A stretch of 64,000 bases of DNA. Origin: Blepharisma stoltei ATCC 30299. Its lineage: Eukaryota; Protista; Ciliophora. Positions 1-11,314 of this stretch are shown piece by piece; within the stretch, counting starts at the first letter, position 1, and each line of letters opens with the position of its first letter. The notes under the pieces were generated by a model. That model saw only the letters and a program-made list of their open reading frames with translations, was not told the DNA's origin and searched no databases. A program made the position numbers and the translations under genes. The DNA lies in contig CBFDEM010000024.1 of assembly GCA_965603825.1 (NCBI GenBank), positions 372,001-436,000 on the forward strand. Direction: 5' to 3'.

Positions 1-192
1 ACGACAATTGGGCCAGGATTTTATGACCCTGATTGCATGCTTCTATATAATGGATCAAGAGTTGTGATTTCAAAAGGAAACCGATTTGATTATAAAGTCC
101 ATGAAGAACTTCCTGGGCCCGGCCATTATGATGATGCAACTGCAGATAAAGCTTGGAATAGGCAATCATTTAATGTAAATTACATCAATTAA
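1..192 (+). CDS. 3' end of SHIPPO/ODF3-like PGP-repeat protein (partial)
   Basis: Frame 1 open to TAA 190-192: TTIGPGFYDPD...LPGPGHYDD, two (P)GPGxY repeats typical of axonemal SHIPPO-repeat proteins. Confidence 0.65.
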   Translation, partial: TTIGPGFYDPDCMLLYNGSRVVISKGNRFDYKVHEELPGPGHYDDATADKAWNRQSFNVNYIN

Positions 193-401
193 TTTATAAT
201 TAAATTACTTAATTAATTTCCACTATACGTAAAGGTGAAATTTTTCCTGTGAGCCATAAATTTGTACAGAGAAAAAAAATTCGTTTTTTGCTTCTTCTTA
301 AAGAAGCAATAGCCCTTAGGCGTTTCAGAAAATTTATTTATAATCTATTTTAGCTCATTCAGCGTCAAATAAATCAAGCTATTTAATTCTTAAATAACGT
401 T

Positions 402-722
402 TTAAAATGTAGTTGCCCTTTTAGCGTTTGTTCCATTACTGCCACTTGAACGTACAACTGTATTGTTGCTTTTTTGGTTTCTTTTCAAGTTTCCACTCTT
501 AGTGGTATGATAGATTTCTTTCGCCTTCCTTCTTTCTATGTATCCTCGTAAAACGCCTTGCAATTTTATAGCATCGTCTAAATTAATCTGAATGTCTCGC
601 TTCTTTTTCTTGTGTTTCCTGTGTTTCTTAGGCTCAATTGGATCAGCATGCCCAGATGTATTTAGTCTAATCTGGTTCTCTTCAGTCGATTGATCTCTTA
701 AGCAAGTGCAGTTTAACCCCAT
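402..722 (-). CDS. Small IQ-motif protein with N-terminal acylation motif
   Basis: MGLNCTC start; IKLQGVLRGYIERRK matches an IQ motif; ends TAA. Confidence 0.6.
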   Translation of the reverse strand: MGLNCTCLRDQSTEENQIRLNTSGHADPIEPKKHRKHKKKKRDIQINLDDAIKLQGVLRGYIERRKAKEIYHTTKSGNLKRNQKSNNTVVRSSGSNGTNAKRATTF

Positions 723-1133
723 ATAATATTTTTATTACTAACTTAAAGATGACCTATAAAGAGACTTAGAAAGAAATGCTCATTACTTTCACATGTATGA
801 GAGATATGGTCTTGAAGAGCATGCTGGAGAAAAAATTCTTCTTTACAGAGTTTGTTTGAAGATAAGTAAGAGATTTATATTTTGTCTGAATAAAAATTTT
901 ACCATTAAGTCCAGATATCTTGAACAGCAGCCTATTTAATTGCAAGAAACCTATCTAATTGTCCTCTGGAGATTAATTTTATGAAATTAAATTGTTAGAA
1001 ATATTCATTATTTAAAGGGTTATAAAGAAGCAACATTTCAATGTCAATTTACTACAACAAAGTTAAATCAATATTTAATCACAAAGAATTTTGTATTTAT
1101 AATTAATATCATAAATAAAAGTCGGAAATGCTT

Positions 1134-2078
1134 TTATTGATCTAGCCATCTTATTCTACTTCCGAAATTTCATTCTCCTTTTCTAGTTTCTCCATTTTGG
1201 TTTGTGATACATCCGACTCCATGCTGCTTTCCATTACACCAGCTCCCTTCATATTTTTTCCCACTTGGCCAAGAAATTGTTCCTTGGCCTTGTTTTTTAT
1301 CCATAAAAAATTCCCCTTCATAAACTTTTCCGTTTGGCCATTCAAATTTGCCATATCCATGCATTTTATTGTCAATCCAACTACCTGTGTACATTTTTCC
1401 ATCAAACCATTTATAAATTCCTTCACCTTCAATATTATTTTTACGAAATTGTCCTATATAAGTGCTTCCATCAATCCAAGAAATATTTCCATAACCTTGC
1501 TTATAGCCATGCTTAAATTCGCCATTATAATCGGTCCCATCTTCACATTTTTCTTTACCATGCCCATGCTGCTTGTCTTTTCTTCAATAACCTTCATATG
1601 TATTTCCACTAGCAGTTACCAGAATACCCCATCCTTGTTTTTTCCCATCAATAAAATTGCCTAAGTAGTAATCTTGAGAAGAGTGAATAACTCTGGCATT
1701 TCCATTTAGTACCCCATTTTCTCAGTGACCTTCAATTAAGCTTTTATCCGGCAAAGCCATTATGCCGCGGCCATTAGGGATATTTTTAGAGAGTTCTCCG
1801 ATATAAACTGACCCATCTTTCAGCTTGATTTTCTTTCATTCTCTAATGTTGGGAGGCTCTGATGAAAAATTGAATGGGGGAAGAGAGTTTACGGTAGATA
1901 AAACTTCTTGGGAGATAGGAAGATCACCAAAATTTCCTGAAAAAGGAAGAATTAGATCTATAGTAACTTCTGCAGTTGGAGGTTCTTGATTTTTAAGCTT
2001 GCGTTTACCTAGGCTATCAATTTCAACATCTAAACCTTTAAACTGATCACCAACGCACTTGCAATTCATGCTGCCCAT
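1134..2078 (-). CDS. MORN-repeat protein, 314 aa (UGA=Trp)
   Basis: Single frame 2078 to TAA 1134-1136 when TGA is read as W; repeated YEGxW/FxxxxxxGxG units, several W encoded by TGA. Confidence 0.9.
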
Positions 2079-3404
2079 TTTTTCTCAAAATTTCTTAAAT
2101 CCAAACTTATGTATTGAAGTTAAATTTAGATATAAATATAAATAAAACTGGTTTGCGTTTTATTATTAAATTGATATATATTAGGATTTATGCAATTTCA
2201 TTTCTATTATTTTTGAATTTTCCTTTTAATATATAAATTAAGTTTAATTTCAAATCTTTTTTGATTCTTTTGATATTTTGTAATGATTTTATATTCTCTT
2301 AAATCATACAGATGAAATCATTTGTAGGTCCCCAGAACCTTAAGGAAAGAAGCAGATACTGCTGTATATATCCAAAAGGTTTAGTGCCTTATCATTTGAC
2401 AACGTCTGACGTTGTGAAGCGCTCCAGATTTTTTTTTCCTTTCAGAAGAGGTGGCAGAGAATTTCAAATAGGACTCATCATTTGATAAATTAACTTGACA
2501 CACGCCAAGCCTACCCAGTCCACTCTACTTCAATGCAGTTTAGGAGGATATAGCAGAGGGATCATTTTATTGCCACTATCGTCCCAGATAAATAAGATTA
2601 AATGAATGTCTTTTCTTGAATAAAAAGCTGCCAATAATTTAAGTTACCTAAGTAAAGATATTTTATTAATTTTTAATTAGAATGACTTCATATGTAGTCT
2701 TTCGCAAATTTCAGAGAGTCTTGAATGAACATATGAAATCTTTACAAGCTATATAATCATTTATACAAAACTCTTTAGATTAGTTCATTTTCAAATAATT
2801 TCTTTATATTATTTGTTTTACACTTTGCAGCCTGCTTAAATCATACTATGAAAACAGAAAAATCGTTTATCATATGTAAATTTGATAAAACAAAGGATTT
2901 TTGTTTCACAGCTTTATTGATTTTCATTTTTATTTAATTAAATTCAAATAAAATGGATTAAAAAATTATGACTTTTTGCGTTAGATTGCCATTTATAAAT
3001 TTATTGATTATTCTTAAGTCTTAGTTAAATAATTGGAAAAAAAATTATAGCTTTAGGTTAAATATTTTGGTATGTCTCGATCTACTTAATATTAACAAAA
3101 CGTTATTATTAATTTCAACTAATTAATTTTATCATAGATCTTAAATATAATACTTAAAATAAATACCATTTTTCAGACAAATATAATTAAAAAAAAAATA
3201 ACTATATACCAAAAATTTCCAATTCTGTTATTGGTTTCATCTCTAATAATAAAATTAAAAGGTCTGATAAAAAAGTCACACAAATTTGTCTAAATACATC
3301 TCAAAATTTAATTTTTGCTCGGATATTAATACCAAGATTGTTCTTATCAAAGTAATTTTATTCAAGAATAAAGTAAAACTTCATAAGTTTCATAATATTT
3401 AATA

Positions 3405-5369
3405 ATGGGAAAAAAAGCTTTTATTAGCAGACATATAGTTGCATTTACCAATTCAGCAAATCGATCTCATAAACCAATATTTGGGATAATTTTGGTTTTA
3501 GATGAGATAATTTTTGATGTAATTCCTTTGGATAAAGAAATTTCAGTAACTACTATAATTGAAAAATATTATGACTGAAATCCTGTTAATTGTGAAGATT
3601 TATATATTTCTCCTGGAATAATTGATTTAAATGTTCGTAGAGAATGGGAAGATTACACTCATTTAACTAAAGCAGCAGCATCAGGAGGTGTAACTTTGCT
3701 ATTGGAAGAAGTTGGCTATTATGTTAACCAACCTTCATCAGGAGAGCTTTATTGCGATGTTGGCAGTATAGCCACATTAGAGGCGACAAATGCTGAGCGA
3801 TTATCGACTCTTCCAGCGCAAGGCGTTTTTGGAGTAAAGGGCTATCTTTTTCCTCCTAGCTCTGCAATCCAATCTGTTCCTCAAGATTTAAATGCATTTT
3901 TGTCTGAAATAGAGGAAAGCCAGCTAGCTTTATTCATTGATCCTACTTGACCGAACCCAAGAATGCTTTATAATGCGTCTCCTAACAGATTGACTTCACT
4001 GGAAGAAAGGTTTGAATCCAAGAGCATTGACTCAACTAAGTCTTTTGCAGCCGCGTTCCCTGATACAATTGAATCTGACAGCTCAGGTGAAGAGCAGCCT
4101 GAAGAAAATCCAGCTAAATTTAAAAGGCAAAATAATAAAGCAAAAACTTTAAAACCTGTCATAAATCAGTCGATTTCTCCAGATAGTCTAGTCGAAAAAG
4201 ATGTGGAGTATGTAAGATATTTACCAATTCCGATTATCCCTGAAGAAGAAGATGATGACATTAAACCCAATGCAAATTGGTTTAATAGGAGAAATAGTCG
4301 CACGATCTTTGACGATTTAAATAAAAGAATTAGAGAAAGCCAAGCAAATATTGAAAACCTGAGCAAGGCTGAACAATCTACTTACGAGCATTCTGGCTCA
4401 ACTAGCTATTCCTCTCCTTCTATATCTCCTTCTGCACATGAAGGGTTTTGTGAATTATTATTGAAAAATGAAGTTCCTATCCAAGAATCTGATTCAAATC
4501 CTTCAATTGCTCCAACCTCAAAACCTGCAAATGTATATCAAGCAAGAATATCTAAATTCAGGCCTCCCATATTATCAATAAAAACTGAAGAAAAAAGCTC
4601 CAAAGAGCGCATTTACTTGTATCATCTTGCAAATTTTCCTGACAATTGGGAAATAAGTGGAGTCGAAAAAATTATCCAAAGCATGAAAAAGTCTACATGC
4701 AGAATCCACATTACTAATTTATCATCTGCCGCTGCACTCAATAGAGTTAGACAAGCAAAAGAAGAGTTCAAAAACTTGACATGCGAAATATCTGCAACTT
4801 CTTTATGCTTTACAAGTGCGTCAATAAAAGATGGAGATACAAGGTTCAAGAATGCACCTCCAATTAGGACTCAGACTAATTTAATGCTATTGTGGGACTT
4901 ATTGAAAATGAAAGGAATTGATTCCATTGCATCCAGCCATGCTTCTATTAAGCCAGAATTAAAAGCATTAGACTCAGGAAATTTCCAAAAAGCATTGAAT
5001 GGGATATGCTCATTAGGGTTTGCTTTGCAGGCTGTATGGACAATGCTGAACGCTCCTGCAAATTCTATGTCGCAGCTTGAGCATTATATTGTGAGACTAG
5101 CTAAATGATTCAGCCTGCATCCTGCAAAAATATTGAATATTAGTGACAGTAGAGGGAGCATTGAGAAAGGAAAAATCGCTGATTTGCTGATATGGGATCC
5201 ATATAGTAGAGCAACAATAAGTGATGTCCATTCGCAGTATCCTGAAGTTTCGCCATTTATAGGAATGGACTTTATGGGAAAAATACAGAGCGTTTATGTG
5301 AGAGGTAAATGCGCTTTTCATGATGGGGTGTTTAAAGCAAAAGGAAAAAAGGTTATGAAATCAATCTAA
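3405..5369 (+). CDS. Allantoinase/dihydroorotase-like amidohydrolase-fold protein, 654 aa, probably catalytically inactive
   Basis: ATG 3405, one frame through 3 TGA; PGIID, TKAAASGGVT, FKNAPPIR, GSIEKGKIADLLIWDP, SPFIG...VYVRG; metal ligands substituted. Confidence 0.85.
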
Positions 5370-5528
5370 TGAGAAAGAATTAGATAGAATAATAAATAAT
5401 ATTAGGAAGCAATTTAGCTTTTTCAATCATTTTGTTATGAAATTAATTTTTTGAAACAGAAACTACAGTAAAAATTTTATGAATAATTAAATTCCAGCAA
5501 AATTAATTGAAATCCTAAGTGAGGAAAA

Positions 5529-6170
5529 TTATATCTCACTTAAGATTGATTGCTCTATCTGGGATGCCAAATAACTTATGCAAACTTCTATTTGTGCATC
5601 ATCTGTTGGGCAATCATCATCGCACTCGTTCTGTATTACATTTTCTCTTATATCTAAATCAGAAACTATATCAGCTTCTTTATAGCATCTGAAATATTCA
5701 GATACCATTAAGTCAGGGTCTAACAGCTCTATCTGCATTGTATCAATTGTTTTTGTGTCTTCTTTACACTTTTTACCTACACTCATTAGTGTGTCTTCTC
5801 TGGATCTTTTGCCAAATACTGGAGTCATTAACAGAGAAAAGCTCTCTTCTAATCCTGTTTGCTCAAAACTCAGATTTTTTTTGACTGAGGAGTCTAAGAT
5901 ACTTGCCTGAGAAGATTGAGCTGTATAGCAAATGTGTGGGCTTGGCGTCCCTGGAACAAATAAATCCTTTTTGGAAGTCAAGTTTTTTGAACTGTGTTCT
6001 AGGTGTTCTTCAAGATCCCGCGCTGAGGATAAAGAAACTGCTCTTGTGGTTACATTGGATTCTAATAAGCGATATGCTTTAAACATTGGCTTTCTGTAAT
6101 GAGTTTCAGATGCTCTGGGTCCTTTCTGCTTTTGTGGCAAATTGGTGCAATCTTTGAGTGCATGTGACAT
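5529..6170 (-). CDS. Hypothetical protein, 213 aa
   Basis: Open frame ATG to TAA, GC above the flanking DNA; no recognised motif. Confidence 0.7.
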   Translation of the reverse strand: MSHALKDCTNLPQKQKGPRASETHYRKPMFKAYRLLESNVTTRAVSLSSARDLEEHLEHSSKNLTSKKDLFVPGTPSPHICYTAQSSQASILDSSVKKNLSFEQTGLEESFSLLMTPVFGKRSREDTLMSVGKKCKEDTKTIDTMQIELLDPDLMVSEYFRCYKEADIVSDLDIRENVIQNECDDDCPTDDAQIEVCISYLASQIEQSILSEI

Positions 6171-6394
6171 TTATTTATATAGTGAGATATCATATTTGGT
6201 TATAGCTAAATCTTAGTAGATTTTAAAAATAAAATTAAGCCAAAAATTTGAATAATGTGACTAAATTGAATTTAATCTAAAATGTCAAAAATAAAACTTG
6301 ATGATATAGTAAACTTCAGGTTTAAAGTTCGAGTTAAAGCAAGTTTGATTATAAGGCAATACAAATTTAATAATCACTAAAATAATTATTAGCC

Positions 6395-6595
6395 TTAGCT
6401 ATACACTAGTTTGTTTTCGGTATCTTCTGTACCAATTCTTGTCTTTGTTTCATCAATACTTTTTAAAGCGGTAGAAAACCTTCTTGAAATATAAAGCATA
6501 TTTTGGTTGACTGGCTGGAGTACAATTGGTTTATATATTGTACTCCTCTTAACAATTCTCACCTCTTTATCTCGTGAACTGTGTGCACACCCCAT
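6395..6595 (-). CDS. Small hypothetical protein with MGC acylation motif, 66 aa
   Basis: MGCAHSS start, TAA stop, AT-rich flanks. Confidence 0.55.
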   Translation of the reverse strand: MGCAHSSRDKEVRIVKRSTIYKPIVLQPVNQNMLYISRRFSTALKSIDETKTRIGTEDTENKLVYS

Positions 6596-6687
6596 TAGAA
6601 TATTAATTTAAATTTTGAGGATTTAACGAATTTAATCCATAAATTGCAAAAATGAAAGGAAAATTATCATTTTATAACTAAAATACC

Positions 6688-7293
6688 TTAAAAGAATATG
6701 CAGCATTTTTTCCTTTTTTCGGTTTCTTCAGGTATTGGAAGCTCTATTCCAATATCGCTAATACCTATGTCACAGTTTCTTTCTTTATTTCGTTTTCATA
6801 GCAATCTTACTAACTGATAAAACGCTTCTTTCACGTTTGTGTTAAACTTAGCTGAAGTTTCATAGCAAGCAGCATATTTAAACGATTCAATATATGCTGA
6901 GACTGCACCTTTTTCTATACAGATTTCTTTCTCTAAATCTGATTTGTTTCCTACAAAGATGATAGGTGTATTTGCTCCTCTTGTGTTAAAAATAAAAGTC
7001 GCAATACTGCAAACTTTTTCAAGAGTTGAAGCATCTGTCAATGAATAAACAAGAAGATAAGCTTCTCTTTCTTGCAAATAAATATCCAATAAGTGAGAAA
7101 AATCTTCTTGGCCTGCTGTATCTAATATTTCGAGTCTAACTGCAAATCCGTCGAGTTCAAAAGTCGTTGTGTATTGGTCCTCAATTGTTGGGTCTCAGTT
7201 GTCTTCAAATCTGTCTTGAGTGAAGCGCAAGACAAGGTCGCTTTTTCCAACACCGCCAGCTCCAAGCACAGCTATTTTATAGAAGAATGACAT
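6688..7293 (-). CDS. Ras/Rap-family small GTPase, 201 aa
   Basis: GAGGVGKS, W(TGA)DPTIEDQY, DTAGQE, NKSD, ETSAK; C-terminus KRKKCCIFF (CaaX) reached only by reading TGA 6796-6798 as W. Confidence 0.93.
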
Positions 7294-7371
7294 GAACAGG
7301 AGTGCGATAAGAAATGAATAATTATTATCTTTACTAGGAGTTTTTTATTTTTTTAAGAAATTTAAACTAAA

Positions 7372-8424
7372 TTATACCTTTGAAAAAAATCCTTGCACTT
7401 CGTCAAGCTTGTTGTTGATAAGCCAAAGCACACGATCAATAATTTCTGACTGGGAAGAGGTTTCTTGAATATCTTTTTCATGCATTGATTTTTCGCTATC
7501 ACACATCCCTTGCTTTTGCTCAATTAACTTTGGAATGTCAGTAATTCTTCTAGTAGCCTCATCATAAGCAGACTTTGCGTCTTTGACTTTGGCTTTCCAG
7601 TCTTGAACCTCTAAAGTGAAGTCTTCAACATCTTTTTTAAGCTTAATTGCTTCTTCATCCAAGGCTTGAAAATATTCATCATAGGCAGATTTAGCAAGCT
7701 TATTGCTTTCTTGAAATTCAAATTTAGAATTTTTTATATGATCCCTAAGATTTTCTAATAGTGCTATGGATCTTGCTAAAGTTTTTTGGTCTTTAGCATT
7801 TTTTCCAAGCTCTATTAAAACTTTGAAAAGAGGAACATTTGCAGGAGAAGCAACAGCCATACTTTGAATCTGTGAATCAACTTGTAGCATGACAGGGCTT
7901 TGCAAAAATGTTCCTGGAGTTTGACTGTTTAAGCAATTAATGGCGTCATCACATGCAGAAATTGCTTGATTATACTCCTCGAGCAGCTTTTCTTGGTTTT
8001 CTAAGTCGTCTTTCTTATAAGATTCAATATCAACAGAGTTTGCTTGTATCATATTTAGTTCTTTATTTCTTTGGCTCAATAAAGCAGACCATTGATCTAA
8101 CGGCTTTTGCCATTCTTCAAGCGAGTTGCGTGCTTTACTTAAATCAATTTTAGCACTTGCGACATATGATAAATACTGATTTATTGCATCATCGCACTCA
8201 GCCTTGAGTGTTGAAAGCTTGTCTTCAGCGTCTCTTCCTTGCTCATTAAGAGATTGCTTGAATCCTGAAAGTACTTTGATAGTGACATCAGTATTATCTG
8301 ATTTTACAGACAATTCTATTGCGTTCAATACAGATTTACCAAATTCGCTTGATTTTAAGTCTTCTAGTTTGATATATTCTCCATATGCTAAGAGAATAAA
8401 AGCCAGCCCAATAATAGTTCTCAT
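7372..8424 (-). CDS. Secreted coiled-coil protein, trichocyst-matrix/granule-lattice (TMP/Grl)-like, 350 aa
   Basis: Signal-peptide-like N-terminus, LKSSEFGKSVLNAIEL, two coiled-coil halves with spaced Cys, central TFLQ. Confidence 0.6.
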   Translation of the reverse strand: MRTIIGLAFILLAYGEYIKLEDLKSSEFGKSVLNAIELSVKSDNTDVTIKVLSGFKQSLNEQGRDAEDKLSTLKAECDDAINQYLSYVASAKIDLSKARNSLEEWQKPLDQWSALLSQRNKELNMIQANSVDIESYKKDDLENQEKLLEEYNQAISACDDAINCLNSQTPGTFLQSPVMLQVDSQIQSMAVASPANVPLFKVLIELGKNAKDQKTLARSIALLENLRDHIKNSKFEFQESNKLAKSAYDEYFQALDEEAIKLKKDVEDFTLEVQDWKAKVKDAKSAYDEATRRITDIPKLIEQKQGMCDSEKSMHEKDIQETSSQSEIIDRVLWLINNKLDEVQGFFSKV

Positions 8425-8482
8425 TTTTTAAATTAAAAATTAACGGAATCCATGGCATGAAAGCAATGAGAATTAATTTGAA

Positions 8483-9739
8483 TTAATGCCTGCCGAAATG
8501 CTCTCTAATAAACTTGTTTACAGCGTCTACCCATTTCTGAGGGTCTCCAATGATTTCTTTGAAAAAATAAGTTCTGCTGGGTGTAATGATTACAAAATCT
8601 TTATCGCCTCTTATTTCTGCTCTAACATCGGCTGAAAGTGGGACGTCTCCTTTATAATTGTTGTCTATATCACTATAAAGAATTCTCGGTTGATTTGTGA
8701 TAGTAAGTTGCCTTTTCTTATAAATCCAGCCAGCTTTTTTCTTGACTAGTCCAGTCATGACAACCCCACGATCTTTATTTTCTCTATTTAATAGCTGAAC
8801 TTCTAGCTCGTCATCTGAAGAATCTCTAGCTTTATCAGGCATATTATCACATGGGATAGGAGTTGTGAATATATTGGCTATATCGATAGAGTTGATAAAT
8901 GGGTGACTTTTCAAAGCGTCCATATCATTAGCCTCCCCAGGATTTCCAGCCCCAAGTCTACCTTTTGGGTCTAATACTAGCAGTTTATTGACTAAGTCAG
9001 CTGCATCATAGGGCATAGTGTCTGGATAATTTACCCTGTTTTCCTTTATTTGTTCAAATATTAAATAATCGTTCATTGCTTGGAATGGAGGTCTGCCGTT
9101 TACCAATTGATATATGATGCATCCTAAAGCCCAAAGATCAGCTTCTCTTCCGACTTCTTGATCTAGAAGAACTTCAGGAGACACATATTCTGCAGTTCCT
9201 ACGAAGGTGCCTCTTCTTTCGCGATTGATTTCTGTCCCATCTGGGTCTGGATTGATTTCTTTCCCAGTGCCAAAATCACTAAGTTTTAGATGAAAATCTT
9301 GAGAAAGTAGGAGATTTTCTGGCTTCAGGTCTCTGTGGATTATTCCTCTTTGATGAAGTAAATCTAATATAACGGTAAGTTCTGCCGAATAAAATCTCGC
9401 TAACTCTAATGGAAATCGCCCTTCAAAACTATTCATCAAATCCATCAAATCGCCATTTGGGCAGTATTCCAATACAAAATACAGATTCTCTGGGTCTTGA
9501 AAAGTATGGTGAAGTCTGACTGTTCCTGGATGGTCTCTGAGTTTTGCTAATATGTTTCTCTCAATCAAAGCTTGTCTCGCTTTATTTTCTTTTTTTAAAT
9601 GAGCCTTTTCTATAATTTTCACTGCAAATGTCTCCCCAGTTTCTTTTCTGACTGCTTTAGCAACACGTCCATAAGCTCCTCTCCCTAAAATTTCGACAAA
9701 TTGAAAATCACGAGGCTCTAACTTTCTTGCTTCAACCAT
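8483..9739 (-). CDS. PDK1: 3-phosphoinositide-dependent protein kinase 1-like (kinase plus C-terminal PH domain)
   Basis: GRGAYG, HRDLKPEN, DFG, TFVGTAEYVSPE; PH-like GLVKKKAGWIYKKRQL...ITPSRTYFF...KWVDAV. Confidence 0.9.
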   Translation of the reverse strand: MVEARKLEPRDFQFVEILGRGAYGRVAKAVRKETGETFAVKIIEKAHLKKENKARQALIERNILAKLRDHPGTVRLHHTFQDPENLYFVLEYCPNGDLMDLMNSFEGRFPLELARFYSAELTVILDLLHQRGIIHRDLKPENLLLSQDFHLKLSDFGTGKEINPDPDGTEINRERRGTFVGTAEYVSPEVLLDQEVGREADLWALGCIIYQLVNGRPPFQAMNDYLIFEQIKENRVNYPDTMPYDAADLVNKLLVLDPKGRLGAGNPGEANDMDALKSHPFINSIDIANIFTTPIPCDNMPDKARDSSDDELEVQLLNRENKDRGVVMTGLVKKKAGWIYKKRQLTITNQPRILYSDIDNNYKGDVPLSADVRAEIRGDKDFVIITPSRTYFFKEIIGDPQKWVDAVNKFIREHFGRH

Positions 9740-9784
9740 TTATAAGAGATTTTGTGACTGCTTTTAGAGATTATTTATAAGAAT

Positions 9785-11176
9785 TTAAATAGCTTCCATT
9801 GGGTAAATTTGTGAAATCATTCCCAAGCCTTTTGTTCGGCCTTCTCTAAATAGAATAGTCATTTTTGGGTGGATGAGTTCAGGGTTAAACATAAATCTGA
9901 AGTGAATCAGCCCTTTGTCTCCAGTCCTGAGCAGCTCTTTTGTCATACTAACTACTTTGGCAGCTTGCCTAACAACTCCACAGTGGATAACCGGCTGATA
10001 ATTTGGTCTGATGGTAGTTGCATGATGCAAGATCACGACTTCAGCGTCAAACTCCCAGGCAGTTTGCATGCATAGACTTTTGTCAACAAGCACCATTCCC
10101 TTCTTTATTTGGTTTCTTTTTAGTTGTTCTTTCTTATTGACTGGCCGGATATTGAAGCAAACCGATTGTCCTGCAATAGCATTGTCGACTGGAACTCGAT
10201 TCATATGAATTCCTCTGATAACCACATGCTTATAGTTTCCTGTTTTATCTGGTCCAAGCATGATTTGCTGATTTAGCTCAGCAGTTCCAGATTTTACGAT
10301 TCCAGAAAGCACACAACCTACACCGGTTACCATATATACCCCATCAACCAAAAATTCAAAGGGCTCCTCTCTGCTTCCAAACACCCCACTGAGTAAAGTT
10401 CGAGACTGCAATGAAAAAATGAATTGTCTCAACTTTGGGATTCCTTCCCCAGTCACATTAGATACTGTAAAAATTGGGCATGCTCTAGCTTCCATCATAT
10501 TACAGAGATCAGAAACGTCAGTATCTTCTTTAACATAAATTGGAAGTCTGCTCCCTGCAGCTGGGTTTGTTAGAACTTTATGCAACAAGTTGATATTTTC
10601 TTTGTAAACATTTTCTGGAGCTATGTCAATTTTTGTGAATACAAAAAACATTGGGATTTTTAAAGCCAAAGCAAGGCCTATATGCTCTTTTGTCATGCGT
10701 GTTAAACCCATGTTGGCACCTACTACAATCATAGCATAGTCAGGGAGAAGACCAACTAGGCCAAAAATAGTGGTTTTCAAATATTTCTCGTGGCCACAAA
10801 GATCGAGGAAGGTGACTATGTGTACTGAGTGGTCAACAATGTAGCCTCATGTGCGATTTTTGGAATCAGTCAGCCTTTCGGGGGCAACTTGTGAGCCTTC
10901 TTGGGTGAATCCCATGATTTCATGAGAAATGCTTGATGTACGGCCATTAGCTTGCTCGTGAGAATAGTTAAATACATAACTTCTTGCAGAACCTCGACCA
11001 TCATCATTGATGCATCTTGTAAGCACACCTACTAATGTAGATTTCCCCGAGTCTACGTTTCCTATGACAGCCACACGAACATCTGTGTCAGGTTTATTGT
11101 TAGTCCTTATGGGCTGGTTTTCGTTAGTAGGATCTTTTGTTTCTTCTAGAGAAGGATCAGGATTGTTTGCTTCCAT
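9785..11176 (-). CDS. GTP-binding protein 1/2 family translational GTPase, 463 aa
   Basis: GNVDSGKST, DDGRGSAR, GRTSS, DLCGHEKYLKTT, TKID, FREGRTKG; the two ORFs join through TGA 10847-10849. Confidence 0.93.
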
Positions 11177-11314
11177 AATAAAAAATAATATCAGATTAAT
11201 ATCATTTTTTGGAGCTAAAGAAAAAAAAACATCTTCTTATACGATATAATTTAAATTATAGGGCTAATGCACTAGTTTTTAAATCAACACTTATTTTTTA
11301 AAATTTTTATTTGA

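Noticed and set aside
1197-1664. Antisense ORFs over real genes (also 19989-20321, 27843-28175, 28200-28589, 35513-36052, 55032-55367 and similar)
   Set aside because: Shadows of well-supported genes on the opposite strand, with no motifs
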